DNA from: Geosiphon pyriformis uo1
Lineage: Eukaryota > Fungi > Glomeromycota
Assembly (NCBI GenBank): GCA_016748015.1
Contig: JAAOMT010000561.1
Location: 70,026-134,025, forward strand
Reading direction: 5' to 3'
DNA length: 64,000 nucleotides
Positions 52,626 to 64,000 of the stretch are shown here, piece by piece. The position numbers and the translations under genes are program-made. Within the stretch, counting starts at the first letter, position 1. Each line of letters starts with the position of its first letter. The notes under the pieces are model-generated. The model was not told the DNA's origin. It ran no database searches and saw nothing but the letters and a program-made list of their open reading frames with translations.

Positions 52626-55600
52626 CTGGTCATGTTTTTTCATAACTTTGGATCAGTTTTTTTATTTGGGTAATAGCATAAGTCTATATTTCATCTTTGG
52701 AAGAGAGCTTGGGTGTCTATGATTCCTAAATCTTATGAATAGAAGGGTGTTTTGATCAATATTAGACCAATTGCATTGATTAAAACTGCTTATAAGATTC
52801 TTTTTAAGATACTGTTTAATAAGATTTTGTTAGCATGCAGTATGTTTGATGTTCTTCATGGCAATAACTTTTCTGTGCTAAAAAGCACTACTACTCAGCC
52901 TCTTATCTTTGCCATCAGATTAGTTGTTGAGGATGCTTTGGAAAAAAGTTGTAAGCTTTGGCTTGTTTTACAGAATATGCGAAAGGTCTATGATTCTGTG
53001 GGATAGCATTACTTGTAAAATAGTTTAGTTTGGATTAAAATGTGTGAACATTTTATTAGGTTTTTTGGCAGTATTCACAATGATTATATTAATCGTATTA
53101 TGACTGATTTTGGTCTAATTAATGAGTACTTGGTGCATGATAGTCTTGACCAGGATGAGGTGTTTTCTTTTTTGTTGTAGAGAATCTTTTATAATTCCTT
53201 TTTGTGTGAAATTAAGAGGCAAGAAAATTTGTGTGGCTACCAGATTAACACTAGGTTTGTTGTTAAGACTGGTAGGCTGGAAGACCAAAGTGGTTTGACT
53301 TTGTTTCTGGCAGCTGGTGCTTTTATTGATAACACAATTTGGATGAAAAGTAATTGGACTGCTACTTAATATATCTTGGATATTGTTAGTAAATTTTTTA
53401 AGATGAATAACATCTTTATTAATAATAAGAAGACTGTGGCCATCTCTATCAACCAGAAGGTCAGTGATGCTTTGTTGTCAATAAGTGGTCTGTCTATTTT
53501 AGTTGCTTATATGAAAAAGTCTTATAAGTATCTTAGTATCTATTTGTTGTCTAAGGGATTATTCTTACCAAGTTTGGCTAAGGCTTATTCTAATGTCAAG
53601 TTCTTTGTCAATTCGGTTTTAAGAAAGACTATTTTAGACAAGCAGTTTCTTTATTTGGTGTTGGCAGTATTACAGCCTATTATCAGTTATAGAACACAGT
53701 TCAGTTTCATCTCTAAAAATGTATGTGTTAAGTGAGACATGATAATTAGAAAAAGTTTAAGACTTAAGACTGGACTACCAAAAAATTTTCCCAATAAGGC
53801 TCTTCACTATTTATCTTTATATGGCTTAAAATCTTTTAAGCAATTGCAATCCAAGTCCAAGTTGGCTTTTGTGCTGAATTTTTTGAATGCTAGTGGAATT
53901 TTTAATCATCTGTTTGATTATAGATCTTTGGACCTGCAGGTTTTGAGTTGGTTACCTGTTCATTTTTTGTGTTATCTGGTTTGGCTGCATGTTAGTCTGG
54001 TCAATAATTTTTTGGCTGGTATTGTCAGAATTTTTTTGGATTGTGATATGTCTTTTGGCAATCTTTTTTTTACTGCTTTTTGTTTTGCTGGTAAAATGCC
54101 AATGTTTACAGTTCTGAGGAGTTTATTGTTTTATGATGTTTTATGCTTACTTAAAAGATTTGGAATCACTTTTGTTGAACAGTTGTACACCAAAAAGGAT
54201 TTGATTTTTGATTGGAAAAGTTTTTGTCATTGGAAAAAACTTGATCCAAGAGGCCCTGTTCCTTATTGATTCAGTTTGGCTTGTAATTTTTTGGCTTAAT
54301 CTTTTCTTTCTGATGTGTTGTATGTTATTGGTTTGCAGTTTCTGGGTGTTTGTGACTTAGGTGGTGTTTTCAGATTGAGACAGTGTCTTTCTTCTGTTAA
54401 TCTGAACATTATTAGTGTATACACAGATGGATCTTTGAAAAATTTGGATTCCTGTAAAATGAAGTATGGGGCAGCCATGTATTTCTCTGATTTGGATCTG
54501 AGAATTGGCATTGGAGTTGGCAGATTGGTATCTTCTACTATAGCAGAATTGCATGTGATTGTTCTGGTTTTGGAATGTGTTCTTTTTGACAGTTCTGTTG
54601 TGGTTTTTTTGAACAGTTAGGCTGTCTTGAATGCTTGTATCACTGAATCAGCTTTGGTTTTTCTGGACTTCTACAACTATTGCTGAATAGAGCAGCATAA
54701 TGTTGTTAATTCTATTAAGAAAAAGAGACTTAATGTTTTTTGGTGCAAGGTTAAAAAACATTTGGATATTGTAGGTAATAAGTGTACTAATGTGTTAGCT
54801 GGTTTGGCTGCTGGTTCCAATTTGGTGCTTTCTGTTTTAATAGAAAAAAAGTTTATTATGGCTGGCAGAATAACAGTTTCTGGTAATATTTGACATATAG
54901 CTTATAAGATTTTCAGGTCTGTGAATTGTGTTCATTGAAAAGTTGGGCCTGATTCTAATGTTGTTAACAAAAATTTGGTTGGTAATGTGAATTGAATTTG
55001 CACTGTTTCAGTTTGGCACCTTGATTCACACATGGCAGCTGGATTTATTTGTAAGTCTATAACTGGTTTGAATTTATATTTTTTGAAGATGTTTTACTGC
55101 CATCTGCTGGTTGCTGTGCAGAAGCATTTGTATAATAAGGTCTATCCAAATGTTTTGTGTCTTTACTATGGAGAGGTGGAAAGTTCCAATCATTTGTTTG
55201 TGTGTTTGTTTGATTCTGGTGTCCATAAAGATCTGCTTGTGTCCTATCTGGTTAAATGGTATGTTATGTCCAGTTTGGGTTTTTCTTTGTTTTGGGTCTT
55301 ACAGATGCTTTTTTTGTGTGCCTCTGATAATATATTATATATTACTATGAGCAAAGAATTTTTGTTTAGGAAGTGGTTCCTAGAAGCCATGTCTATTTTT
55401 GATGATGCTAAGTCTGTAGAAAATTTTATTGTTAATTTTGTTTGAAGTTTGAGTGCTGTTTATTGTGCTGAGATTTGGTTGGTTAGAGCTAAATATAGGG
55501 CTTTTATAAAAAAATGTGATTTGATTTCACATGATGTTTCTGCTCTTTCTGTAGTCTGTAATTTGTCATGTTTGTTTTCAGCTGGAGTTATAAAGTTACT

Positions 55601-56597
55601 TAGAATTGCTGAGATTCTTGGTGTTTGTTTTGGTTTTCACAAACATTGCTGTTTTTTTTCTGGCATTAATAGTATTGTATCTGTTCTATTAGATTCATAG
55701 TGTTGTTTTAATCAGCTCGAGTAACTGGTCACATGTAGAAAGTACATGATTTGTAATTAGTTTAGATCACTTAGTTTGATGTATTGTGCTAGATGACATT
55801 TGGGCCTTACTCATTAAACATAATAAAAAAAAACTATAATATAATATAATTAATAATATTTTTAAAGATTTAAATATATATATAAAATATAAATTTTATA
55901 TATATATAATAAATTTATTAAATAATTTAATTTATTATTTTTTATTTATTTAAATATTATTAATATTAATTTGTATATAATTTTAAATAAAAATTTTATA
56001 TTTAAATTTTAGTTAGTTAAAACTATATTAGTTTTTAAAAAGATTAAAATTTAACTATTCAATTTAAAGTTTTAAATAAAAATAAAAAAAAATGGTTTTT
56101 TGTCAATTATTAAATCAGTATTAATTAATATTTAAAAAAAATAATATATTTATTAAAAATTGTAAAAAATTAAATAGTTTGTTTTAAATTAAATATTAAT
56201 TTTATATTAGTATTAATAATAGTATTATTATTAATATAATTGTATAATATTATTTTGATTGACCAAATTATTAGTTATATATAAAAAACATATAAATTAT
56301 GTTTAATTTAGAATTTTAAACAGTTATATTATATTAGATAATAATTAATCTACATTTATAAAACAATAAAATAAAATTATAAAATAATAAATTATTATTT
56401 TTATATAATTTTTTATATATACAAAAGTGTTTTTGTTTTTAAAATTTTTGAAAATAAATTTTATTTTTTTGTTGTTTTTTTAAATATTTTAATATAATTT
56501 TTGTTTACTAATAAATTAGTAAAAATCAATAAATTTTTAATTAAAAAACTTTTTATTATTAAAAAAAATTAAATTTTTATGAATTAATTTTAATAGA

Positions 56598-59500
56598 TTT
56601 TTTTTTTATTAAAATTTAATAAGTGCAGTTCAACTACTACTTAAGTACATAAAATCAAACAAAATTCTAAATTAAACATAGTTTATGCTTTTTTTACATA
56701 TAATCAGACACTTGGCTCAGTCAAAACAGCACTACACACTTATAGGATTTGTCAAAAAAATATTACACAAGAAACTAAAATCCAATTCAGTAAGATAAGA
56801 ACACAAACCAAAACTTATATAAACACCCAACCTAATATCAAAGCTATAGATAACATTAATAGCCCAAATATCCAACAAACCAGTCACCAAAGACACTGCA
56901 GATCCATCTCATGATAAGAGATTATGCTTCTTATAGAAGGCTTTCAATTTGGCTGCAGACAACCAAATATCCAATCTATAACTTTCCATAAAACTGCAAA
57001 CTAACTTGACAATTAAACAGCCACCAGAATCAGAGCTGAGGCACTAAAGAGCATCAGCTATCCAGCTTTTTAACACAAACTTTTTGGCCAACAATATGTA
57101 CAATTTACCAGACAACTCAGCCTTCTGCAGAAATTGTTCTATCCTATTTCTCACAGCAGACCCACCAGCCATTTTACCCCACATTTTACTAATAGACAAT
57201 AATATAGATTTTCTGGCATTGTCATCATACATATAAAAAAACAGGTAATTAGAGTTCTCAATCATTCCACACCTGATGTACATTACGCTAAGATATCTGG
57301 AATCATACAACCTCTTTTTTACAATGACTAGCAGGTAGTAATACAGAGATTTCATAAGGTAAAATTGCAGAGAAGCTGAAGACAAACTGGTGTGACCAAA
57401 ATGGATTCTACTATCAGGGTGCCAAACATTAAATGACTTGAATGCATCAATATTACTAACAATACTATCATCAATAATGTTGGCACCACACCTGGATTTC
57501 CAACTGACAAAATTAATGGCATCAAACAAACTTTTGACAAAATAACATGCATTCCCAGAAACAGGCCTGTTCTCAACTCTAAGAAATTGATATAACATGT
57601 TCAGGGACAGTATAAACTCAGAGATAACTGCTGCATCAGCAAAAAAAATCCACTTGTTTGTTTTCAACAATGCTTGAATGTTTCTTGACCTTCTTTTACA
57701 TGACTAACAGATTCTTTTTCAAAATAACTTGATGAATATGCTCCTTTTTGATATAGCATTTGTGGCAAAAATCAGAACCCAATATGCTTACATTAAACTT
57801 ACATACATCTAATGACACCTGACTATCTGTAAACAATTCAACTGTGTTAGAAATAGGCACACACTCCAGTGCCAAAGTGATGGTTTGCAGCTTCACCAGT
57901 GTTGAAAATAATAAGCCAAGAACTTTTACACCAATGCTAGCATCAGTTTTTGGAAAATAAGCAGCAGTGCCGCCACAGGCACCAATAGATCCCAAACTCT
58001 TAACAGACTCATTAGTGTAAACTTTAATGAAACTACACTCAGATGTCAACAAACACTCAAACATAGAACGAATGTCACAAGAAGATTTAGTGAGAGCAGA
58101 ATGAGACTTTGCAAACACATCATTGCTCAAACCACTACTTTTGACAAAATTAATAATAAAAACAAACCAGATTGGAATTGGACCTTTTGGGTCGAGTCTT
58201 TTCCATCTATGAAAAGTGTTCTAAGTGAAGCACATGCCATGACAATCCAAAAGTTGATTGGCAAAAATGAGGCCATATCTTCTGAGAGAAGTTCTTACAC
58301 CCAGATAACCATTCAGGCCCAGCACATTTAAGATTGACACACCAGTCCCAGCCTAAAAAACATTAAGAAAAGCACTATTTAAGGAGGTTTTGCACAAAGT
58401 AAGAACATATGTAGTGCCAGCCAAAAAACAATTCAAAGAATTAACAGGTAATATAACCAGAAAGCAAAGAGGGTGCTGAGGCATCTAGTTGGCAGTCTGT
58501 AGGTCTATTATTCTGTGTTTGAAAAATCTGCCAAAAGTCCTACTAGTATTACTAAAATTGATCAGGTTGGCCAGCAAGTTTTTAGAAAGCACCTGTTCAA
58601 AAAACTTCAGATTATACAGCTCAGGATGATGCAGTGCCACACTAGAAAAATCTTTGGGCAAATTTGTCTTGAACTTAAGCTCTTTTCTTAATGATTTGTC
58701 CCATCTTTCATAAACACTCTTAGAGACAAAGCTAAATTAAAGTCTGCAATAAATGATAGACTGCAAAACAGCAGAAATCAAGTACAAAAATTGTTTTTCA
58801 GTAATGACTTTTTTCAAAACCACATTCAAAAAAAATTTGACATTAACATAAGCTTTGGCTAAACTCAGCTTAGAAAAACCCTCAGTTGACAAAAAAATTC
58901 CCAAATAATAATGAAATTTTTCTCTCTTAGTCATTGAAATTCTCAAACCATTAATGAATAGTTCAGTTTTTTTAGCACTTTGGTTGATAGAGATAGTGAC
59001 AGTCTTCTCAGTATTAATTGAAATGTCATTGACAGAAAAAAACTTGCTAGCTATATTCAAGATATTTTGCATTACTGCCAAGCAATTTCCAACCCAGATT
59101 ATGTCATCCACAAAAGTGCCCGTGGCAAAAAACAAAGTTCTATTATTACCTGAACCAGGTTTGCTGAACTTGATGTAGAATTTTAAACACATCCAGTAGT
59201 CATACAATTGTTCATGTTTTTTGACTTCACAAAGCAATGGGTTATAGAAGATATACTATAGCAATAATGAAAATATCTTCTCTTAATCCAGATTATCATG
59301 CACAACATAACTATCAAACAGACCAAAATTCGTCATAACCTGATTAAATCTACCATTGTGTATGCTGCTGAAGAAGCTTATGAAGTGGAAACACATTTTG
59401 ATCCTAATTAAACTATTGAGTAAATAAAACCACCTGACAGAATCATAGGCCTTGTACATGTCTTAAAAAACCAACTACAACTCTCTGTTTTTCTTTAGAG

Positions 59501-62500
59501 TGTCTTTGACAATCAAGCCAACAGCAAAAATAGAGGATTGTATAAAAGTGTCCTTTAATACTAAAAAATTGTTACCATGCAAAATGTTGAACCTGCTGTA
59601 AGCCAGAGAGATTCTGTTTAAAAGAATTTTAGATAAAATTTTTGCGCAGTCTCAATTAGTACTATTAGTCTAATATTGGTAAGAGTGCCCTCCCAATCAT
59701 AAGGTTTAGAAATCATGGAAACCCAGGACCTTTTTCATTGTATAAAAACTCTTCCAGATTTTAAACATCTATTGAAAATATTCAAAAGACTATTGAAGAC
59801 CAAAGAATTATTGTGCTTCCATAATTTGTTGAGAATACCAGAAAGCCCAGCAGCCTTGCCATCTGACAAGTCTCTGATGATCTGCAGAAGTTCATCCATG
59901 CTAACATTGCATATAACCCTTGAAAATGTATTATTATTTACATAATCTAAGGGAGCATATTGATCAAACCAATAATCTAGCAAAGCACTAGAGACCAAAT
60001 ATTTCTTTGTCCACTCTTTTATTATAGTATTAATTGAAGACTTAACAGCTTAAGACTCCAAGATAAGCTTATTGTTAACAATCAAATGATCAAGAACCAC
60101 TTTTCTAAAAGGCTAATCTAGAATGCTACTTATCATTCACCCTTTATCTGAGCTAAAATTTTCTATGCATTTTGACATGGCTTTCCTGATAGAATTATCC
60201 CTGGTAACTCTAGATTCTTGATATTTGGACCTGTAGTAATCTCTTTTAACAACCAAAATATGATGTAAAATGTTCTCAACCCTATCACCTTCATCAATTA
60301 TAATACAAATCTTGAACACCTCTTTCCCATCTATGTTTGTTCAGATATCAACTAAATAGTCAGTCTCCAAACTCAGACCTGAATTTAAATTAATGACAAT
60401 TTTGGACATTAACAACTCCAACCTGTGAAATTTAGAAGACAACTTGTTCCTTATACTTTCAAATTCACTGAACCAGAGTCTGGAGAATGTTTTATTAGCA
60501 GAATTAATTATCACTTTTTTAAAAATATTCCACATGTTGTCCAAATCTCCACTACATTCTGCAGCTTAAAAACCAACTGACTTCTTCAAAAATTTGCCTG
60601 AAAAACACTTTATAAAATGTTTCCACTCATCAACATTCATGTTTTTCAGCTTGAATTTCCAGTAATTCTTACTTGTCTGTTTGCATAAGTTCTCCAAATG
60701 AACATTCAAAAGCCTATTCAAGTTCACTAAGACTAAGACAGCTTTGTGATCAGTATCAAAAAATTTAGACACAGAGTTGACCTTGTGACTGGCCACTGTT
60801 GAGATTAGATTCTCATTAATTAAAATGTGATCAATAACTTTTACAACATCTCTCAAATTGCTTCATGTAGAAGCTCTAACTAAAGGATGTCCACCAAAAG
60901 AATTGACTAAGCCTAAACCCAAAAAAAATTCATAACTCACACTCTTTTTAGATCTGCCCTCATTGAAATCACTACCCAAAACAACAAAACTGCTAAAGTT
61001 GACCACCTGAACTACAAAAAAATTAATACCAAGTGTTTGTTCAAACTGGTCACCAGGAGAGACACAAGTGTACAAACCAATAATTGAGACCAAAACTTTG
61101 CTCTTGAAAAGGAAATGCACTGAAATAATGTGACCAAGAACCTCTTCCACCTTAGAAACATGTCAAGCCAGAGAATTGTTCATAATTATTGCCATCCCAG
61201 CTCCAAGAAATCCACTATTTAGGCCAAATGTGAAAATGCACATTCCATCAAATCTGTTCATAATCCATGGCCTAACATTAAATCTTAATTTTGTTTCTGT
61301 AACAATAAATACCATATTTTCGGACTCTTTGTGCCATTAAACAATGTCTTCTTGCTTAGCAGAAACATTGAGACCTTAAACATTACACATAGCAAACTTC
61401 TACATTAGCTCTGTCATTGAGAAAAGAGAGCAGCAGAAACCAAACCAGTATTGTCTATTTTGGCCAATAGACTCATAACCATAATTGCAAGATTTTTTAA
61501 AGTGTCCTCCATTTTCCCAATAACAGAAAAATCAAAAATCACCATTTCTGCAACAGTCTCACTACCAATAACCACACTCAAACTCTCACTTATTACTATA
61601 TTTACCCTTTAATTCTGTGATGAAAAGATCACCAATGGCTAACATCCAGAGCTAAGCTGAGAAACTGTTGGCTCAGATGCTTCCAACATCTTAGCCAACA
61701 TATTAACATGCTCTGCGAAACTGGTAAGACTGTGCTTAAGAGTGGCAAACCTATCATTAATTTCTGTTACAACTGGTAAGGATGGCTTCATCTCTGAAGA
61801 AGAACCAATATTCAGTAAAACAACCTGGCCAGAGAGAAGAGAAAAAGAAGACCCACCAGCTATCTTAGCCCAAAAGAGACCACCAAAAGAAACAAGAGGA
61901 GCAACTGGAACAGATTGTTTGACATAAATTGCAGCCAGCCTGCTTTTATTTGTATCTAAAAGCACCCTACACAATAAGCTACCAGAAGAAATCTTCCCAC
62001 CCTCAGTACAGCTCAATAATATATGATCCAGCTTCCTACACTTGGTGCATTTGACAGACATAAGATTAGACCAATGCAAATTAATGCCTCTAAGCACTAG
62101 TATGGTTCCCATGACAGCATTCAATGATTTAGTAAAATCAAAACAAACAACAGCACATCTGACCTGAGCATATATAACAGGATGGCGATTGATAATACAT
62201 GTCTTTCCACTTACAGATCTAACAAAGTCCTAGATATTATAAGCATTAGTCTCTATTGGCAGTGTGTAGAGCAGTGCCTTATGATAATCTTTTGCATCTT
62301 ATGATTCTTTGTCTGAATCAGCTCTGGCAACATGCATAGCATTCTTCCTAATTAAGATAGACCACTCAGCTGCAACCAAATCAGCATAATCTAACTGCTC
62401 AAATTTTACCACTGTTTTCTGCCACAGCTTTACCAATTGCATCTTGATTGACTTAATTATTCCAAACTCAGATAGCACAGCATGCACAGTTTCAGTCGAT

Positions 62501-63351
62501 ATTCCAACTGAAATTTCCTTAACCATCACAGTCCGATCTGAATGACTAGATAATTTTTTAAGATCAGTGTTTACCAAAATATTTGCTGCTCTTGCTTTTT
62601 CTGTAGTCTGCACCAAACTAAATTCAGAAGTAAAAGAAGCATAGATGATTCCTAAGAATTTTGAGAGAGTAAAGACCCCCCCAAAACTATTAACTTTTGA
62701 AAATAGTTTTCTGACCACCACCAGCTTTTTTTAAGAAGATTTCTCAGCCACTTTATTCAGCTTAATATTCATAGCAAAAGATTTTCAGACAGAAACATTG
62801 ACCAAATTCTTCAAAGGAGAAGTATTCAAAAAAATGTTATTATCATCAACATCATCCAAAAAATTGATTTTTCCCAATAATGTATTCAGAGCTTTTTTAG
62901 TCACCAATCTCAGACCTTTTGGTGTTTGATTAGAATTGCTTTTTATAAAAAAACTCCTCTTACTATAATCCACACTGGTTTTCTCTACTAGACACTTCTC
63001 TTCTATGTCAACATTATCAAATTCAATGGTATCACTAGCTTTAGACCCCCAAGAACCACTAATAGCTTTTTTAAACAGGACCAGTTCACCAGCAGCACTA
63101 TCTTTTAAAACACCATCTTTTCTTTTTTTCCTAGAAGCAACATCTACTTTAACATCCTCTTCACTATTTATATGGCCAAAGCTTTTAACAAACTTCTTCA
63201 TTACAGCAATACTATAGCCAACAGTGGCTTCATAATCAAGCAAAAATAATTTAGATTTATTATACTGAATTGTAAAAAAACTTCTTTCAGAAAAAACTTT
63301 ATTGACTTTTTTTTGGGAATTTTGAATGAAGAAAAGAAAGAAATTTTTTTT
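56598..63351 (-). mobile_element. Full-length decayed LINE, copy F (B-type ORF1, divergent ORF2)
   Basis: ORF1 remnants ~63240-61414 and ORF2 remnants 61417-56731 (FVDDIIW, RNase H remnant), with the shared 3'UTR and T-run at 56598-56607. Confidence 0.93.
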
Positions 63352-64000
63352 ATTTTTAATAAATTTATTTAATTATTAAGTATTTAATAAAATATGTTGA
63401 ATTAAATTTATTTTTTACAACTTATTAGTCTAGTATATTAAGTAGACTTAATAATTATTATTTTTTTAATTTTTTACAAGTTTTTTATTAATAGTATTAG
63501 TTTATATAAATAATTTATTAAAAAATTTTGGTTGTTTTAATATAATTAATAAAACTATTATATTTTTTAAGTTGAATTTAAATATTAAAGTTGGTATATT
63601 ATTGTTAATTTTAACAAAATTTTATATTATTGTTTTGGTTTGAATTATATATTTAAATTTAATATTATAAATATCTAAATTTTTTTTTAACTTTTAAACA
63701 AATATTAAATTAAATATATAATTAATATTATTAAAAAAAATATTAATAAATTAGTTTAAAATTAAAAAAATTTTAATATTAATTATTTTTAATAAAATCT
63801 TTTTTGTTAATTTAAATATATAAATATAAATTTAATTAAATTTGCAATTGTATAATACTTCTATAAAAGTTTTAAGTTTAATTTTATTAGTTAAAAAACA
63901 ATTAATTTGCATATATATTTAATAAAATCTTTGTACAAAAAACTGCTAATTACTATTAAAAAAAATTGTATAATTTTAATTATTTAAATATTAAGTTACA

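Larger units (their letters stand above)
51613..52678 (-). mobile_element. Solo-LTR-like insert in LINE E ORF2
   Basis: Interrupts CLVC|KSIFHLWKRAW. Termini TGTTAT...ATAGCA (TG..CA with a short imperfect inverted repeat). Non-coding. TATAAAAG on the minus strand at 52386-52393, downstream of a tandem array. Confidence 0.7.
47894..55833 (+). mobile_element. Full-length decayed LINE, copy E, interrupted by a 1.07-kb insert
   Basis: ORF1 remnants ~48020-49956 and ORF2 remnants 49953-55700, with the shared 3'UTR and poly(A). Confidence 0.93.

Noticed and set aside
51611-52682. Insert in LINE E as a spliceosomal intron (GT...AG near the ends) or a Helitron
   Set aside because: No GT-AG pair restores the homologous reading frame, and Helitron TC...CTRR termini at an A/T site are absent.

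Overview
Eukaryotic fungal genomic DNA with many short introns. The gene style and the retrotransposon family suggest an early-diverging fungus, most likely Glomeromycotina (Geosiphon-like); this is an inference. Two small gene islands are present. The first holds UGP1 and PCM1/PGM3 (1.3-6.5 kb). The second holds an HP1/Swi6-like gene, an RNF212/Zip3-like RING gene, a BET1-like SNARE and valyl-tRNA synthetase (24.7-33.8 kb). The rest is a graveyard of non-LTR retrotransposons: five full-length but dead LINEs (ORF1 with RRM-like and CCHC motifs; ORF2 with APE, RT, RNase H and CCHC), three fragments and two related LTR-like inserts, all embedded in extremely AT-rich spacers. The main observations are as follows. 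(1) The repeats show graded C>T/G>A hypermutation that is not limited to CpG and appears to grade into the AT deserts. (2) All seven LINE 3' ends share a four-way-junction RNA fold. (3) An AUGA stop-start overlap between ORF1 and ORF2 is conserved. (4) ORF1/5'UTR modules appear to have been swapped between LINE lineages. (5) An LTR-like element has inserted without a normal TSD. (6) The ValRS lacks its C-terminal coiled coil and has two consecutive GC-AG introns. All alignments and folds were done by eye.
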